Positions 41,523-52,823 of a stretch of DNA of 64,000 bases are shown here, in pieces; the stretch's first letter is position 1; each line of letters opens with the position of its first letter. The notes under the pieces were generated by a model. It was not told where the DNA came from. It did not search any database and worked only from the letters and a program-made list of their open reading frames with translations. The stretch is taken from NCBI GenBank assembly GCA_965197895.1, contig OZ240232.1, forward strand, positions 2,389,522 through 2,453,521, read 5' to 3'. The stretch is from Candidatus Versatilivoraceae bacterium (GTDB taxonomy: Bacteria; Acidobacteriota; Terriglobia; Versatilivoradales; Versatilivoraceae). The position numbers and the translations under genes are program-made.

Positions 41523-42992
41523 ATGGAGGTGTTTGGTTTGTCGTGTGTGAGAGTCCGTTTTGCACCTTCTCCCAGCGGGGCCCTGCATGTGGGTGGAGCG
41601 CGTACGGCCCTGTTCAACTGGCTTTTTGCCAAAGGCCATGGGGGCCGGTTTATTCTGAGAATCGAAGACACCGATCGCCAGCGCTCCAGTAGGGAGATGG
41701 TGGAAGATATTGTGAGTGCCCTGGGCTGGCTGGGTCTGGATTGGGACGAGGGCCCTTTTTTCCAATCGGAGCGGCTGGATCGCTACCGCCAGGCCGCTGA
41801 GCAGCTATTGAACCAGGCCATGGCCTATCGCTGCTTTTGCCCTGCAGCCTCCTTGGCGGCCAAACGCCAAGCCGCAGCCAGCTCCGGCAAGGCATGGAAA
41901 TATGATGAGACGTGTCGAGACCTGCCGCTCGATGTCGTTAGCGAGAGGCGAGCCCGGGGAGTCCCCAGTGTGGTTCGCTTCAAGTCGCCACGGAGTGGAG
42001 AGGTTGCTTTCCACGATCGGATCTTCGGGCGGATCAGCCACCGGATGGAACAGATCGACGACTTTGTCCTGGTTCGTTCCGACGGCATGCCGACCTACCA
42101 CCTGGGTGTGGTGCTGGATGACGCCGACATGAGCATTACCCATGTGATTCGCGGCGCCGACCATATTTCGAACACTCCCAAGCAGATTCTAATCTACCGG
42201 TCGCTCGGCCATCCGCTCCCCACTTTCGGACATCTGCCCCTGATCCTGGGTCCGGACAAGTCTCGTCTGAGTAAACGTCATGGCGCCACCGCGGTGACCA
42301 GCTACCGCGATCAAGGCTATCTTGCCGCCCCGTTTTGCAACTTTCTGGCCCTGCTGGGCTGGTCGCCGGGGAGTGAGGCGGAGTGCCTGTCCAGCGATGA
42401 GTTGATCCGGCAGTTCTCCCTGGAAGGCGTCAATAGGAGTAACGCGGTCTTCAACCTGGAAAAACTGGTATGGTTCAACAGCCAATATCTGCGCCGTTCG
42501 TCCGCCGAGACGCTGCTCCCTCGGGTGAAGGCCGAGTTGGAGAAAGAAGATCTGTGGCGGCCGGAATACGATTCATGCAGCGAGGCCTGGTTGCTGAAAG
42601 TTGTCGATTTGCTCAAGGCCCGGGCTCGCAGGGTGTCCGACTTCGTCGACCAGGGGAGGGCCTTCTTCAGCGACGACTTCGAGATAGAGGCCGGGGCTCG
42701 ACGGAAATTCCTCAAGGATGAATCGTTGAAGGTCCTGATGCCGGAGCTGGCCGCACGTCTGAAAGCCCTTCCGGTGTTCGGACTGGAGGATGCGGAATCG
42801 GCGCTGCGGGCTTTTGCTGCTGAACAGGGAGTCAAAGCGGGCTTGCTCATCAACGCAGCCCGGGTGCTGCTGACCGGAAAGGCGGTGGCTCCGGGAATTT
42901 TCGAGGTGATGGTCGCTCTGGGGCAGGATCGTACGGCAGACCGGCTGGCCGAGAGATCACAATTTGCCGTCGATCGAGAGGCCGGAGCCTGA
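41523..42992 (+). CDS. gltX: Glutamate-tRNA ligase
   Basis: RFAPSPSGALHVG, LRIEDTD, LSKRHG; exact start uncertain. Confidence 0.95.
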   Translation: MEVFGLSCVRVRFAPSPSGALHVGGARTALFNWLFAKGHGGRFILRIEDTDRQRSSREMVEDIVSALGWLGLDWDEGPFFQSERLDRYRQAAEQLLNQAMAYRCFCPAASLAAKRQAAASSGKAWKYDETCRDLPLDVVSERRARGVPSVVRFKSPRSGEVAFHDRIFGRISHRMEQIDDFVLVRSDGMPTYHLGVVLDDADMSITHVIRGADHISNTPKQILIYRSLGHPLPTFGHLPLILGPDKSRLSKRHGATAVTSYRDQGYLAAPFCNFLALLGWSPGSEAECLSSDELIRQFSLEGVNRSNAVFNLEKLVWFNSQYLRRSSAETLLPRVKAELEKEDLWRPEYDSCSEAWLLKVVDLLKARARRVSDFVDQGRAFFSDDFEIEAGARRKFLKDESLKVLMPELAARLKALPVFGLEDAESALRAFAAEQGVKAGLLINAARVLLTGKAVAPGIFEVMVALGQDRTADRLAERSQFAVDREAGA

Positions 42993-43065
42993 AATCGATG
43001 AGCGGGTGGATTGGGGAGAAGCAACGGCAGGGTTGACTCCCGATTGTCTCTTCGAGCAGAGGCAC

Positions 43066-43200
43066 CACCCACCCCTGAATCCCCTCCCAAGAGGGGACTT
43101 GCCGGAAATCCCTTCTCCGGAGGGGCGCAGGGGATTCTACGAACTCCGACACCGTGGATTTTCATGAATCCCTCCTGCGGAGGGGTGCAGGGGTGGGTTC
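43066..43200. repeat. REP-like cluster
   Basis: ACCCACCCCTG...CCCCTCCCAAGAGGGG followed by inverted variants ending CAGGGGTGGGT. Confidence 0.5.
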
Positions 43201-43276
43201 TCTGCCAAAAGCTGATCGGTACAATAGCCCGCTTCGGGATCCAGGTTCAGGGTGAACTGCTGCCGAGGGTTCAAGA

Positions 43277-44506
43277 ATGGTTCGTTTAAAACTATCCACC
43301 ATGATGTTCCTCCAGTACTTCGTCTGGGGAGCCTGGTACGTGACGCTGGTCACCTATCTGAGCCAGAGTCTTCATTTCAATGACAGCCAGATCGGTTGGG
43401 CCTATGCCACCACGGCCATCGCAGCCATGATCTCCCCCTTCTTCATCGGCCTGGTTGCCGATCGCTTCTATGCTTCGGAGAAGGTGCTTTCGGTCTTGCA
43501 CCTAATGGGGGGCTGCCTGCTCTATGGGGTTTCGAGTGTGGAGACCTTTGGGGGACTGTTCCCCATTCTTTTGGCCTACACCTTGTGTTACATGCCGACC
43601 CTGGCCCTCACCAACTCCCTTTCCTTTCACCATATGGAGAGTCCTGAACGGGAATTTCCCAGGGTGAGAGTGCTGGGCACGATCGGGTGGATCGCGGCCG
43701 GCCTGGTGGTGGGCACCTTCCACCTGGAGGCCACGGCCGTACCCCTCCGGATTGCAGCCGCAGCCTCCATCCTGATGGGGCTCTACTGCTTGCTGCTTCC
43801 CCATACCCCTCCCCAGGGCGGTGGCCAACCTCTCAGTCTCAGAGGTCTTTTGGGCTTGGATTCCCTGAGCCTGATGAGAGAGCGATCCTTTTCAATTTTC
43901 GTGGTGGGCTCCTTCTTGCTCTGTATTCCCCTTCAGTTCTACTACACCTTCACCAACCTGTTTCTCAACGAGGTCGGTGTCAGCGAGGCGGCCAGTCAAA
44001 TGACCCTGGGCCAGGGGTCTGAAATCCTTTTCATGCTGGCGATGCCGTTCTTCTTAACTCGGGTTGGACTCAAAGGGACGCTGCTGATTGGCATGGCCGC
44101 CTGGGTGGCCCGCTATCTGCTCTTCGGCTGGGGCAACAGTGGCGATCTCATGTGGATGTTGCTGGGAGGCATCGTCCTCCACGGCATCTGCTACGATTTC
44201 TTTTTTGTGGCCGGGCAGGTCTATGTCGACCAAAAAGCCTCCATCCGGATCCGGGCCGCGGCGCAAGGTTTCATTGCCTTTGTCACCCTGGGGCTGGGGA
44301 TGTTCGTCGGAGCCAGGGTCTCGGGGCTCGTGGTTCAACATTACAGCTTTGTCGCATTGGACGGTGCTGTCCAGCACGATTGGGGTCAGATATGGCTGGT
44401 CCCCGCCGGGGCGGCGGCGGTTGTCTTGGTGCTGTTTGCTCTGCTTTTTCGGCCCGGGCCGGCGACCGTGAAAGTCGCGGCACAACGCCCGCAAGGTCCC
44501 CGGTAG
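43277..44506 (+). CDS. Nucleoside:H+ symporter (NupG/YegT family MFS)
   Basis: [31 protein letters not shown]. Confidence 0.92.
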   Translation: MVRLKLSTMMFLQYFVWGAWYVTLVTYLSQSLHFNDSQIGWAYATTAIAAMISPFFIGLVADRFYASEKVLSVLHLMGGCLLYGVSSVETFGGLFPILLAYTLCYMPTLALTNSLSFHHMESPEREFPRVRVLGTIGWIAAGLVVGTFHLEATAVPLRIAAAASILMGLYCLLLPHTPPQGGGQPLSLRGLLGLDSLSLMRERSFSIFVVGSFLLCIPLQFYYTFTNLFLNEVGVSEAASQMTLGQGSEILFMLAMPFFLTRVGLKGTLLIGMAAWVARYLLFGWGNSGDLMWMLLGGIVLHGICYDFFFVAGQVYVDQKASIRIRAAAQGFIAFVTLGLGMFVGARVSGLVVQHYSFVALDGAVQHDWGQIWLVPAGAAAVVLVLFALLFRPGPATVKVAAQRPQGPR

Positions 44507-44515
44507 CCCACGCCT

Positions 44516-44701
44516 GTGGTTAAGCCTCCTGTAATGGAAACGGCAATCAACGTCCTGCTGGTCGTGCTCATACTGGGTGGGAGTGCCGCCATTACCCACT
44601 GGTTTACCCACGTCATGTACATCCGCTGCCGAGAATGCGGCACCCTGAATGCCAAGCGGAGAAGCCATTGCCGGGGATGCTCCCACCGTCTGGAAAGATG
44701 A
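44516..44701 (+). CDS. Small membrane protein with zinc ribbon
   Basis: Hydrophobic helix then CREC...CRGC. Confidence 0.55.
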   Translation: MVKPPVMETAINVLLVVLILGGSAAITHWFTHVMYIRCRECGTLNAKRRSHCRGCSHRLER

Positions 44702-44812
44702 CCCCAAAGGCGCATCAAGCCGATCATTCCTGCTCCCGGCCGCCGGATCTGCCTGGGGTGCACGTCGGCTTTCTGAGAAGTCGCCCGCCAGGCACCCCCC
44801 ACGGCATCGCCT

Positions 44813-45012
44813 GGGAGCGCGGGCGTCCCGCCCGCATCCTGTCCCTTTGGCCGCGGCTGAGCTTCAGTGCGATGCTGCAGGCAGCCACCCTGTCGGCGGG
44901 AACAGCATCGGCCAGACCGAAGGAGAGCCATGGCGCCATTCCCGGTTGATCCAAGTGGGGGAGATGGCCCGGGCTGTGACAGGCTTTGTGCGGGCGGGAC
45001 GCCCGCGCTCCC
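44813..45012. repeat. REPIN/MITE-like 200-bp element
   Basis: GGGAGCGCGGGCGTCCCGCCCGCA...TGCGGGCGGGACGCCCGCGCTCCC; inverted copy at 50558-50745. Confidence 0.75.
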
Positions 45013-45168
45013 GGGAAGCCGTCATCCCATGACATCACTTTTCTGACCTACACCCTTCCCCAAACCGTCAAGGGGCGGAACAGGGGTTGGTGGAACTCGC
45101 GAAAAGTATGTTAATCTGGGGATTGTCGGCGGTTGTGGGTATCTGCCGGCTCAAGTTTGAGAATCTCC

Positions 45169-46326
45169 GTGTTCTGGAAGTACTTATCCTTCGCACTCAA
45201 GAATTCTCTCCGCAACAAGCGTAGAACGTTGCTGACGGTTGCCAGCATCAGTATTTCGCTGTTTCTCCTGGGGATGCTCATCTCGGTCTATCACGCCTTT
45301 TACTATCAGGAAGGCGCGCCGGACCAGGCCTTGCGGCTGGTGACTCGCAATCGCGTCTCTCTCACCTTTTCCTTGCCGGAGCATTACGAACAGCAAATCC
45401 GCGAAGTTCCTGGTGTGCGCCAGTTGGTACCCACCTCCTGGTTTGGCGGTATCTATCTCGACAACCGTCCGGAAAACTTCTTCCCGCGCTTTGCGACCGA
45501 CCCCCAAAGAATCTTTGAGGTTTACCGGGAATACAAAGTTCTTCCCGAACAGCTCAAGGCCTTTCAATCGGAACGGACGGCTGCCGCCATCGGAAAGAGC
45601 CTGGCCGAAAGGCTGAATTTGAAGCTGGGCCAAAGAGTCACCCTGCAGGGTGATATCTACCCGCTGGATCTGGAATTGACCATTCGAGCGATCTTTGAAG
45701 CCGATATCGCCGGGCAGGACTTTGTGATGTATTTCCATCGTAGTTACCTGGAAGAAGGCTTGCCTGAAGCTCGCCGTGGAACGGTGGGAACATTCGGCCT
45801 CCTGGCGGAGTCTGCCGAGGCCGTGCCGCGTGTCCCTCGGCAAATCGACGATCTCTTTCGCAATTCGGATCGACAGACCAAGACGGAGACCGAACGGGCT
45901 TTCCAGCTAGGCTTTGTCTCGATGTTGGGCAACGTCAAGCTGTTCCTGCTGAGCATCTGCGGCGCGGTGGTGTTTACGATCCTGCTGGTGGCCGCCAACA
46001 CCATGGCCATGTCGGTGCGGGAGCGCATTACGGAAATCGGCGTGCTCAAGACGCTGGGATTCACCACCGGCAAGGTCTTGAGCATGATCATGGCCGAGTC
46101 CATCATCATATCCCTGGTGGGCGGGCTTTTAGGTTGCGGCTTGGCCTTTGCGGCCTCGATGGCCCTGGGACAAGTTCCAATGATGTTTGCCGGCTTGTCG
46201 TTGCCCCCGGTGGTGGTGCTGATCAGTATGTCTGTGGCGCTGGCCATTGGCATCCTGAGTTCCCTGGTTCCCGCCTTGGGAGCCACGCGGCTGCCCATCA
46301 CCGAGGCCTTGCGACATGTGGGTTAG
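45169..46326 (+). CDS. ABC exporter permease (MacB/FtsX family)
   Basis: RNKRRTLLT, SVRERITEIGVLKTLGF. Confidence 0.9.
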   Translation: MFWKYLSFALKNSLRNKRRTLLTVASISISLFLLGMLISVYHAFYYQEGAPDQALRLVTRNRVSLTFSLPEHYEQQIREVPGVRQLVPTSWFGGIYLDNRPENFFPRFATDPQRIFEVYREYKVLPEQLKAFQSERTAAAIGKSLAERLNLKLGQRVTLQGDIYPLDLELTIRAIFEADIAGQDFVMYFHRSYLEEGLPEARRGTVGTFGLLAESAEAVPRVPRQIDDLFRNSDRQTKTETERAFQLGFVSMLGNVKLFLLSICGAVVFTILLVAANTMAMSVRERITEIGVLKTLGFTTGKVLSMIMAESIIISLVGGLLGCGLAFAASMALGQVPMMFAGLSLPPVVVLISMSVALAIGILSSLVPALGATRLPITEALRHVG

Positions 46327-46421
46327 TCGTCCCCTGTGAACCCGGACGGCTGTTTCCGAGTGTTGCAGTCACACCGCTGGACGTTGGTTGGCGGGGTTCA
46401 CAGCCCTCGAAATCTCTCGAC

Positions 46422-47582
46422 ATGCCTTTGCCGCTCTCTTACAACCTGAAGAACCTCAAGGTCCGCAAGACCACCACCCTGATGACGGCGTTGGGGATTG
46501 GGCTGACGGTTGCGGTGTTGCTGGGGATCATGGCCATGGTCACCGGCCTGGAAGAGGCCCTCCAAGCCACGGGACACCCTCTCCATCTTCTGGTTCTGAG
46601 AAAGAACTCGACGTCTGAGCTGGTCAGTCAGATTGACCGGGAGGCCGTATCCAACATTCGGAATAAGCCGGGGATTCAGCAGCTCGACGGAGAACCCATG
46701 GCCTCGGCGGAAGTGGTGACGGTGATCAATTTGCCCCGAAAAAACAGCCCGGAAGGCGCCAACGTGACCATCCGGGGATTGCCCCCGATCGGAATCCGGA
46801 TGCGCCCGAACGTCAGGATGCTGGAGGGTCGGTGGTTCCGGGCCGGTCAACGGGAAGTGGCCGTGGGGAAGTCGATTGCCAGGCGGTTTGTCCAGGCGAC
46901 CGTGGGTGACCGGCTGCGTTTCGGCCGCGGAGACTGGGATGTTGTCGGTGTTTTTGACGCCGGAAATACCGCCTTTGACAGCGAGATTTGGGTGGATCTG
47001 AATCAACTGGCGGCAGATGACAACCGCTCGGCAATACTCTCTTCAGTCTTGGTGCGAGCCTCCGACTCCACTACCTTGCAGGCCTTGCAGAATGCGGTGG
47101 CTGACGATCAACGGCTGAACCTTGAGGGCAAACGGGAAGTGGACTACTACTCGCAGCAGACTTCATCGGCAGAACCGGTGAAATACCTCGGAATGTTTGT
47201 AGCAGCCATCATGGCCATCGGCAGCAGCTTTGCAGCCATGAACACCATGTATGCCGCCGTTTCCCGGCGCTCACAGGAGATCGGCACCTTGAGGGTTTTG
47301 GGTTTTTCTCGCGGAAGTATTCTCTTCTCCTTTGTCGTCGAGTCCTTGTTGCTTTCCTTACTGGGTGGACTGATCGGGGTGCTGCTGGTGATGCCGTTGC
47401 ATGGTCTGGAGACCGGTATTGGCAATGATCGGACGTTCAGCGAGACCGGCTTTAATCTTCGACTCTCGCCGGCTATCGTGGCGCTGGGAGTGGGATTTGC
47501 CTCGGTCATGGGTCTGCTGGGGGGGCTCCTTCCGGCCCGCGGGGCAGCCAGGCAAAGTATTCTCAACGCGCTGAGGAAGTGA
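46422..47582 (+). CDS. ABC exporter permease (MacB/FtsX family)
   Basis: RRSQEIGTLRVLGF, LPARGAAR. Confidence 0.9.
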   Translation: MPLPLSYNLKNLKVRKTTTLMTALGIGLTVAVLLGIMAMVTGLEEALQATGHPLHLLVLRKNSTSELVSQIDREAVSNIRNKPGIQQLDGEPMASAEVVTVINLPRKNSPEGANVTIRGLPPIGIRMRPNVRMLEGRWFRAGQREVAVGKSIARRFVQATVGDRLRFGRGDWDVVGVFDAGNTAFDSEIWVDLNQLAADDNRSAILSSVLVRASDSTTLQALQNAVADDQRLNLEGKREVDYYSQQTSSAEPVKYLGMFVAAIMAIGSSFAAMNTMYAAVSRRSQEIGTLRVLGFSRGSILFSFVVESLLLSLLGGLIGVLLVMPLHGLETGIGNDRTFSETGFNLRLSPAIVALGVGFASVMGLLGGLLPARGAARQSILNALRK

Positions 47583-47588
47583 TAAGCC

Positions 47589-48977
47589 GTGACCGACCCA
47601 GAGAAGAATCTGGCGCAGGATCTCAAGAATTTGAGAATCCACCGCAGCCGCAGGCGGTCCTCGGATAGGCCGTTCCAATGGTCAGCGCGCTGGATCGTTG
47701 TCGGCCTGGTGCTTGCCGCAGCTCTGGGTGTGGCTGTTACTGCCGTCCGCTTTGCCGGTCACGAGACTGAAGTCGAGGTCCATCGGGTCGTTGCCGGTGG
47801 CCGGGCCGGGTCCGATGGTTCCGGGATCGTTTTGAATGCCGCCGGATACATCGTGGCCCATCACAAGATTCAACTCACGGCCAAAGTAGTCGGGAAAGTC
47901 GCCTGGATCGGGGTGGAAAAGGGTGACCGCGTTCGGGAAGGGCAGGTCCTGGTGAGGTTGGAGGATGCGGAGTATCGAGCCCAGGCCCAACAGGCTGAAG
48001 GCCAGTTGGCCAGCTTACTGGCCCAATTGAGCGAATTGGAAGCGGGGTCTCGTCCGGAAGAGATTGCTCGAGCCAATGCCAACCTGGCCCGAGCCAATGC
48101 CGATCTGAAGAATGCCAAGATCATCCTTGGTCGAGTGCGGAAGCTGTTTGAGGAGGAGGTCCTGCCGCGGCAGGACCTGGATAACGCCCAGGCCCGATAC
48201 GAGGCCGAGGCGGCCCGGGTCGAGTCCCTGGCCAGGGAGGCCGACCTGGTCCGCTTGGGCCCTCGGACCGAGCGGATCGAGGCCATGAAGGGGCGGGTCG
48301 GACAGGCACGAGGTGAGCTGGCACTGCGGAGGACCTACCTGGAATCAACGCTGATTCGGGCCCCCATTTCGGGAACCATCCTGGAGCGTGCGGTTGAGAA
48401 AGGTGAGTTTGTGACCACCAGCTTTGTGGGTGAGCGTGGCGCCAAGGGTTATGTCGTCACCTTGGCCGACCTCAATGATCTTCAGGTGGAGTTGGACATC
48501 AGCCAGGATGATTTCGCCAAGCTCTCCATGAAACAGAAAGCCACCATCACCACCGACGCCTTTCCCGACCGGCCCTACCAGGGCGCCATTGCCGAGATCG
48601 CTCCCGAGGCCAACCGTCAGAAGGCCACCGTGCAGGTCAAAGTCCAGGTGGCCGATCCCGATGCCTATCTGAGGCCTGAAATGAACGCCCGGGTCTCCTT
48701 CCTGGCTGCGGGTGAGGAATTGGCCGAAGAGCAAGCTCCCTCGGGTCCGGGAATCGTTGTGCCTACCGCGGCCGTTCGCGGTCGTCAGGAGCGAAAGACG
48801 GTTTTTGTGGTCCTGGAGGGAAGGGCCAAGGAACGCAGCATCCAGGTGGGGGGTCTTACGGCTGGAGGCATGCAAGTCGCCGAGGGCTTGATTGGCGGAG
48901 AAGAAATCGTCCTGAGTCCCCCCGATAGTTTGGAAGATGGCGACCGGATTCGGGTCAGGCGGGAACCCGCCGACTAG
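47589..48977 (+). CDS. Efflux periplasmic adaptor subunit
   Basis: N-terminal TM helix, VEKGDRVREGQVL, IRAPISG. Confidence 0.9.
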   Translation: MTDPEKNLAQDLKNLRIHRSRRRSSDRPFQWSARWIVVGLVLAAALGVAVTAVRFAGHETEVEVHRVVAGGRAGSDGSGIVLNAAGYIVAHHKIQLTAKVVGKVAWIGVEKGDRVREGQVLVRLEDAEYRAQAQQAEGQLASLLAQLSELEAGSRPEEIARANANLARANADLKNAKIILGRVRKLFEEEVLPRQDLDNAQARYEAEAARVESLAREADLVRLGPRTERIEAMKGRVGQARGELALRRTYLESTLIRAPISGTILERAVEKGEFVTTSFVGERGAKGYVVTLADLNDLQVELDISQDDFAKLSMKQKATITTDAFPDRPYQGAIAEIAPEANRQKATVQVKVQVADPDAYLRPEMNARVSFLAAGEELAEEQAPSGPGIVVPTAAVRGRQERKTVFVVLEGRAKERSIQVGGLTAGGMQVAEGLIGGEEIVLSPPDSLEDGDRIRVRREPAD

Positions 48978-49003
48978 GAATGGTGATCCAATAAGAGGAA
49001 TAA

Positions 49004-49705
49004 ATGGTCAACGATCTGGTAGTCGAAGCCATGGATCTACATAAGGAATTCAAGCGGGATTCCTTTCAAATCATTGCTTTACGGAATGTCCATTTGAGGA
49101 TTCAGCGAGGAGACTTCGTGGCCTTCATGGGTCCTTCCGGATCGGGCAAGTCAACCCTGCTCTACCTCATTGCCGCCATTGATCGGCCCAGCCGGGGCCT
49201 GGTCAAGGTGCTCGGCCAGGATCTCATCCAGCTTAACGAAAGAGCGATGGCCAACTGGCGGAATGAGAATATCGGGTTCATCTTTCAGACCTTCAATCTG
49301 ATCCCGGTCTTGACGGCCCGCGAGAACGTGGAACTTCCCCTGTTGTTGACCCACCTGAGCAAGGAGGAGCGCGCCGAGCACTCCGCGACCGCTCTGAGGC
49401 TGGTCGGGTTGGCGGATCGCATGGATCATTATCCCAGACAGCTTTCGGGCGGCCAGGAGCAGCGGGTGGCCATCGCTCGGGCCATCGTGACCGATCCTTC
49501 CATCATCCTGGCCGACGAGCCCACCGGAGACCTGGACGCTCAGTCGGCACAGGAGATCCTGACCATCCTTTCCAAGCTGAACCGGGAGCAGGAGAAAACC
49601 GTCCTGCTGGTCACCCACGATCCCCATGCCGCCCGTCACGCCAGCAAGATTCGCTATCTGGAAAAGGGAGAGTTGCTGCCTGAGGGAGCACCTCACCCCG
49701 AGTAG
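49004..49705 (+). CDS. ABC transporter ATP-binding protein (LolD/MacB-like)
   Basis: [22 protein letters not shown]. Confidence 0.93.
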   Translation: MVNDLVVEAMDLHKEFKRDSFQIIALRNVHLRIQRGDFVAFMGPSGSGKSTLLYLIAAIDRPSRGLVKVLGQDLIQLNERAMANWRNENIGFIFQTFNLIPVLTARENVELPLLLTHLSKEERAEHSATALRLVGLADRMDHYPRQLSGGQEQRVAIARAIVTDPSIILADEPTGDLDAQSAQEILTILSKLNREQEKTVLLVTHDPHAARHASKIRYLEKGELLPEGAPHPE

Positions 49706-49807
49706 AGTGTTCTCCGGCTTGTATCGGGAGACTTGGGCGATCCTTGGAGAAGGACGAATCTTCATCGGGCAGGGAGCAACCCGGTGAGAAACGCAGGCCA
49801 ACCGCCC

Positions 49808-50548
49808 ATGTTCGATCTCGGCCGCATTGCCGTCGTACTGGTGGAGACCAGCTCTCCGGGGAACCTGGGTTCGGTGGCTCGTGTCATGAAGAACATGGGC
49901 CTGGATCGACTCATCCTGGTGGACTGCCGGGCCGGCCTGACCGACGAAGCGCGGCAGCGGGCCTGCGGCGCCGAGGAGTTGCTGGAAAAGGCTGTCCGGA
50001 CCAGGAGCCTGGGCTCGGCCCTGGAACCCTTTCACCTGAGCGTGGCGACCAGCTCGCGGCCGGTGAGATGGTTCGATCGGGCCTTGCAGCCTCGGGAGAT
50101 GGCAGCCAGGCTGAAGGCGCTGGCTCCCGGCCAGCGAATCGCCATCGTCTTCGGACCGGAACGAACCGGGCTGACCAATGAACACCTGCAGCACTGCCAG
50201 TGGCAGGTCAAGATTCCCACCGACCCGGAGTTCCCCTCCCTCAATCTGGCCCATGCCGTGGCCATCCTGGCCTACGAACTCTCTCAGGGGCTGTCTGCGC
50301 CCCCGTCCAAAGGGTCTTTGCGGCTGGCGGAACTGGGTCAAATCGAGGCTTTTTGTCAAGACCTGGAAGGATGCCTGAGCGAAATCCAGTTCCTCAAGAA
50401 GCAGAATCCCCGGGAAATCATGATGACCCTGCGTCAAATGCTGGCGCGGGCCTCGCCCGACGACCGCGACGTCCGTATTCTGCGCGGAATCTTGCGGCAG
50501 TGGAAGTGGTACGCCCGGGCCAAGGGCCACCCCGGCCAGCAAAAGTAG
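49808..50548 (+). CDS. TrmJ/LasT family SPOUT RNA methyltransferase
   Basis: PGNLGSVARVMKNMG, FGPERTGL, SLNLAHAV. Confidence 0.9.
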   Translation: MFDLGRIAVVLVETSSPGNLGSVARVMKNMGLDRLILVDCRAGLTDEARQRACGAEELLEKAVRTRSLGSALEPFHLSVATSSRPVRWFDRALQPREMAARLKALAPGQRIAIVFGPERTGLTNEHLQHCQWQVKIPTDPEFPSLNLAHAVAILAYELSQGLSAPPSKGSLRLAELGQIEAFCQDLEGCLSEIQFLKKQNPREIMMTLRQMLARASPDDRDVRILRGILRQWKWYARAKGHPGQQK

Positions 50549-50557
50549 GGGACGTAG

Positions 50558-50745
50558 CCGCCCGCACAAAGCCTGGCACAGCCCGGGCCATCTTCCCCAC
50601 TTGGATCAACCGGGAACGGCGCCATGGCTCTCGTTCGGCCTGGCCGATGCGGTTCCCGGCGACAGAGTGGCTGCCTACAGCATCGCACTGAAACTCAGCG
50701 GTGGCTAAAGGGACAGGATGCGGGCGGGACGCCCGCGCTCCCAGG
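50558..50745. repeat. Second, inverted copy of the 200-bp REPIN/MITE-like element
   Basis: Reverse-complement similarity to 44813-45012; one end degenerate. Confidence 0.7.
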
Positions 50746-51128
50746 CCCCCCAAGACGGGGCGGACCATTCGAGAGTGAAACAGGTTTTGTTGCAAATAAG
50801 CCTATTGAACGCTCTTGCGTTGGCGCCGGCGCCACAGGCTCTGCAATTCGTAAAAACCTTGTATCCCAGCCGTCAGGGGACGGTCGCCGGAAGGGTTGTA
50901 CTTTCCCCTGGGAACTGACTATACTCAGCTTCCGCCGGGCCTGCATTTCTCACCGGGGAGCGTGATACAGAGCGCACCCAGCGCAGTCTGTATCCGCAAG
51001 TCCTCAAAACAGGGCCAATAAGGTACTGAAAATAAACGGTCTTTCGTAATTTATTCAGCGTCTCGGTGAAGAGTGCGAACTATGGCGGCCCGAGCCTGGG
51101 ATAACTGGAATTGACGCGGGGAGGGACT

Positions 51129-52307
51129 ATGAGATTAGCCAAACGCGTGGGGCGCCTTTCGCCCTCACCGACCATGGCGGTTTCGGAAGAGGCCAAACGC
51201 CTCCGTTCCGAAGGTCGAAAAGTGGTGGACTTCAGCATCGGTGAGCCGGACTTCAATACGCCCGACAACATCAAGGGCAGGGGACACCGGGCCATCGACG
51301 AGAACTTCACCCGCTACACCTCGGCGCCGGGTATCCAGGATCTCAGGGAAGCCGTGGTGGAAAAATACCGACATCAATATGGAGTCGACTATTCCGTGCC
51401 GGAGGTGGTGGTGTCCTGCGGCGCCAAGCATACGCTGTTCAATCTGGCCTTCGTCCTGTTCGAGGAAGGAGACGAGGTGCTGCTTCCGGTCCCCTACTGG
51501 GTGACCTTTCCGGAGCAATTCAAGATGGTCGGAGCCGTTCCGGTCGAGGTCATGACCCGGGAGGAGGATGACTTTGTCCTCAAGGCATCGGCGCTGGAGG
51601 CCAAGGTAACCTCGCGCACCCGAGCCATGGTGGTCAACACTCCCAACAATCCTACCGGCGCCGTGATTCCAGCCGAGGAGATGGACCGGATCGTGGATCT
51701 GGCCCTGGACCGGGAACTGATGATCATCTTTGACGAATGCTACGAATTCTTCGTCTTCGACGGGAACAAGCACACCTCGCTGGCTCAGTACGCCGATCGC
51801 GCCAAGCATGTCTCCTTGCTGGTAAACACCGCCTCCAAGACCTATGCCATGACCGGCTGGCGCATCGGATACCTGGTGGCCCCCCGGGAAATCGCCAAGA
51901 GCGTCAGCAACGTCCAGAGCCATAGCGCCAATCCGGCTTCGGTTTCCCAGAAAGCGGCCCTGGAGTCCATCCTCGGTAACCAGGACTCGGTGCCGCAGAT
52001 GATTGCCGAGTACGAGAGGAGGCGGCGCTTCGTGGTCGAGCGGCTCAATGGGATGGCCGGCCTGAGTTGCGCCAATCCGGGGGGAGCCTTCTACGCCTTC
52101 CCCAATATCTCCAGCTATTTTCAGGGAGACGTGCGAGATTCCGTGGAGTTCTCCAAGTGGCTGCTGCGCCAAGCGGGTGTGGCTGTGGTTCCCGGTTCAG
52201 CCTTCGGCATGGAAGGCCACGTCCGCATCTCCTTTGCGACCAGTATGGAGAATCTGGCCAGCGGAATGGATTTAATGGAGAACGCCCTATCCAAGATGTG
52301 GCGGTAA
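51129..52307 (+). CDS. PLP-dependent aminotransferase class I/II (aspartate aminotransferase-like)
   Basis: GEPDF, NNPTG, SKTYAMTGWRIG. Confidence 0.93.
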   Translation: MRLAKRVGRLSPSPTMAVSEEAKRLRSEGRKVVDFSIGEPDFNTPDNIKGRGHRAIDENFTRYTSAPGIQDLREAVVEKYRHQYGVDYSVPEVVVSCGAKHTLFNLAFVLFEEGDEVLLPVPYWVTFPEQFKMVGAVPVEVMTREEDDFVLKASALEAKVTSRTRAMVVNTPNNPTGAVIPAEEMDRIVDLALDRELMIIFDECYEFFVFDGNKHTSLAQYADRAKHVSLLVNTASKTYAMTGWRIGYLVAPREIAKSVSNVQSHSANPASVSQKAALESILGNQDSVPQMIAEYERRRRFVVERLNGMAGLSCANPGGAFYAFPNISSYFQGDVRDSVEFSKWLLRQAGVAVVPGSAFGMEGHVRISFATSMENLASGMDLMENALSKMWR

Positions 52308-52539
52308 AGTCGTCAACAACCCTCCCGGACAACCCACAACCTATCGTCGAAAACTCCCCCTTGACGCCGCAGCGGGACCTCCCTGGATTCCATCGGTGCC
52401 ATGACTGCCGTTCGGGAAAAGCGAAATCCTCCAGATACCAAACGGGCATTGGCCCGGATCGTGCGGAGGGTCGGACGGATCTTTCACCGGTCTCATTGTG
52501 CCGTCTGGTTGGTCGACGGCTCGTCGGGACAGCTTCAAG

Positions 52540-52770
52540 TCGCGGCCTGCAGCGACCGTTGGCAGGCTGTCCACTCAGATCGGCCATGAGATCATGAATC
52601 CTCTGTCGTCCATCAGGATGAACATCGGGATCCTGTCGAAACGGGCAGAGCTGTCCGGCAACGACCAACGCCGGCTGGAAATTGCCAGTTTCGAAATCGA
52701 TCACGCTACGGGGGATCTCTCGGCCCACCCTGCTGCGGAAAATACGAAAATATGGGCTAAAGCCCCAGGA
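52540..52770 (+). pseudogene. Collapsed two-component remnant: HisKA H-box fragment plus Fis-type HTH tail
   Basis: IGHEIMNPLSSI in one frame, GISRPTLLRKIRKYGL in another. Confidence 0.55.
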
Positions 52771-52823
52771 TTGGCCGCCCCACTCATCGGCGGGAAAGGA
52801 AGCTTCTTGCCGTAGAAGGGGCT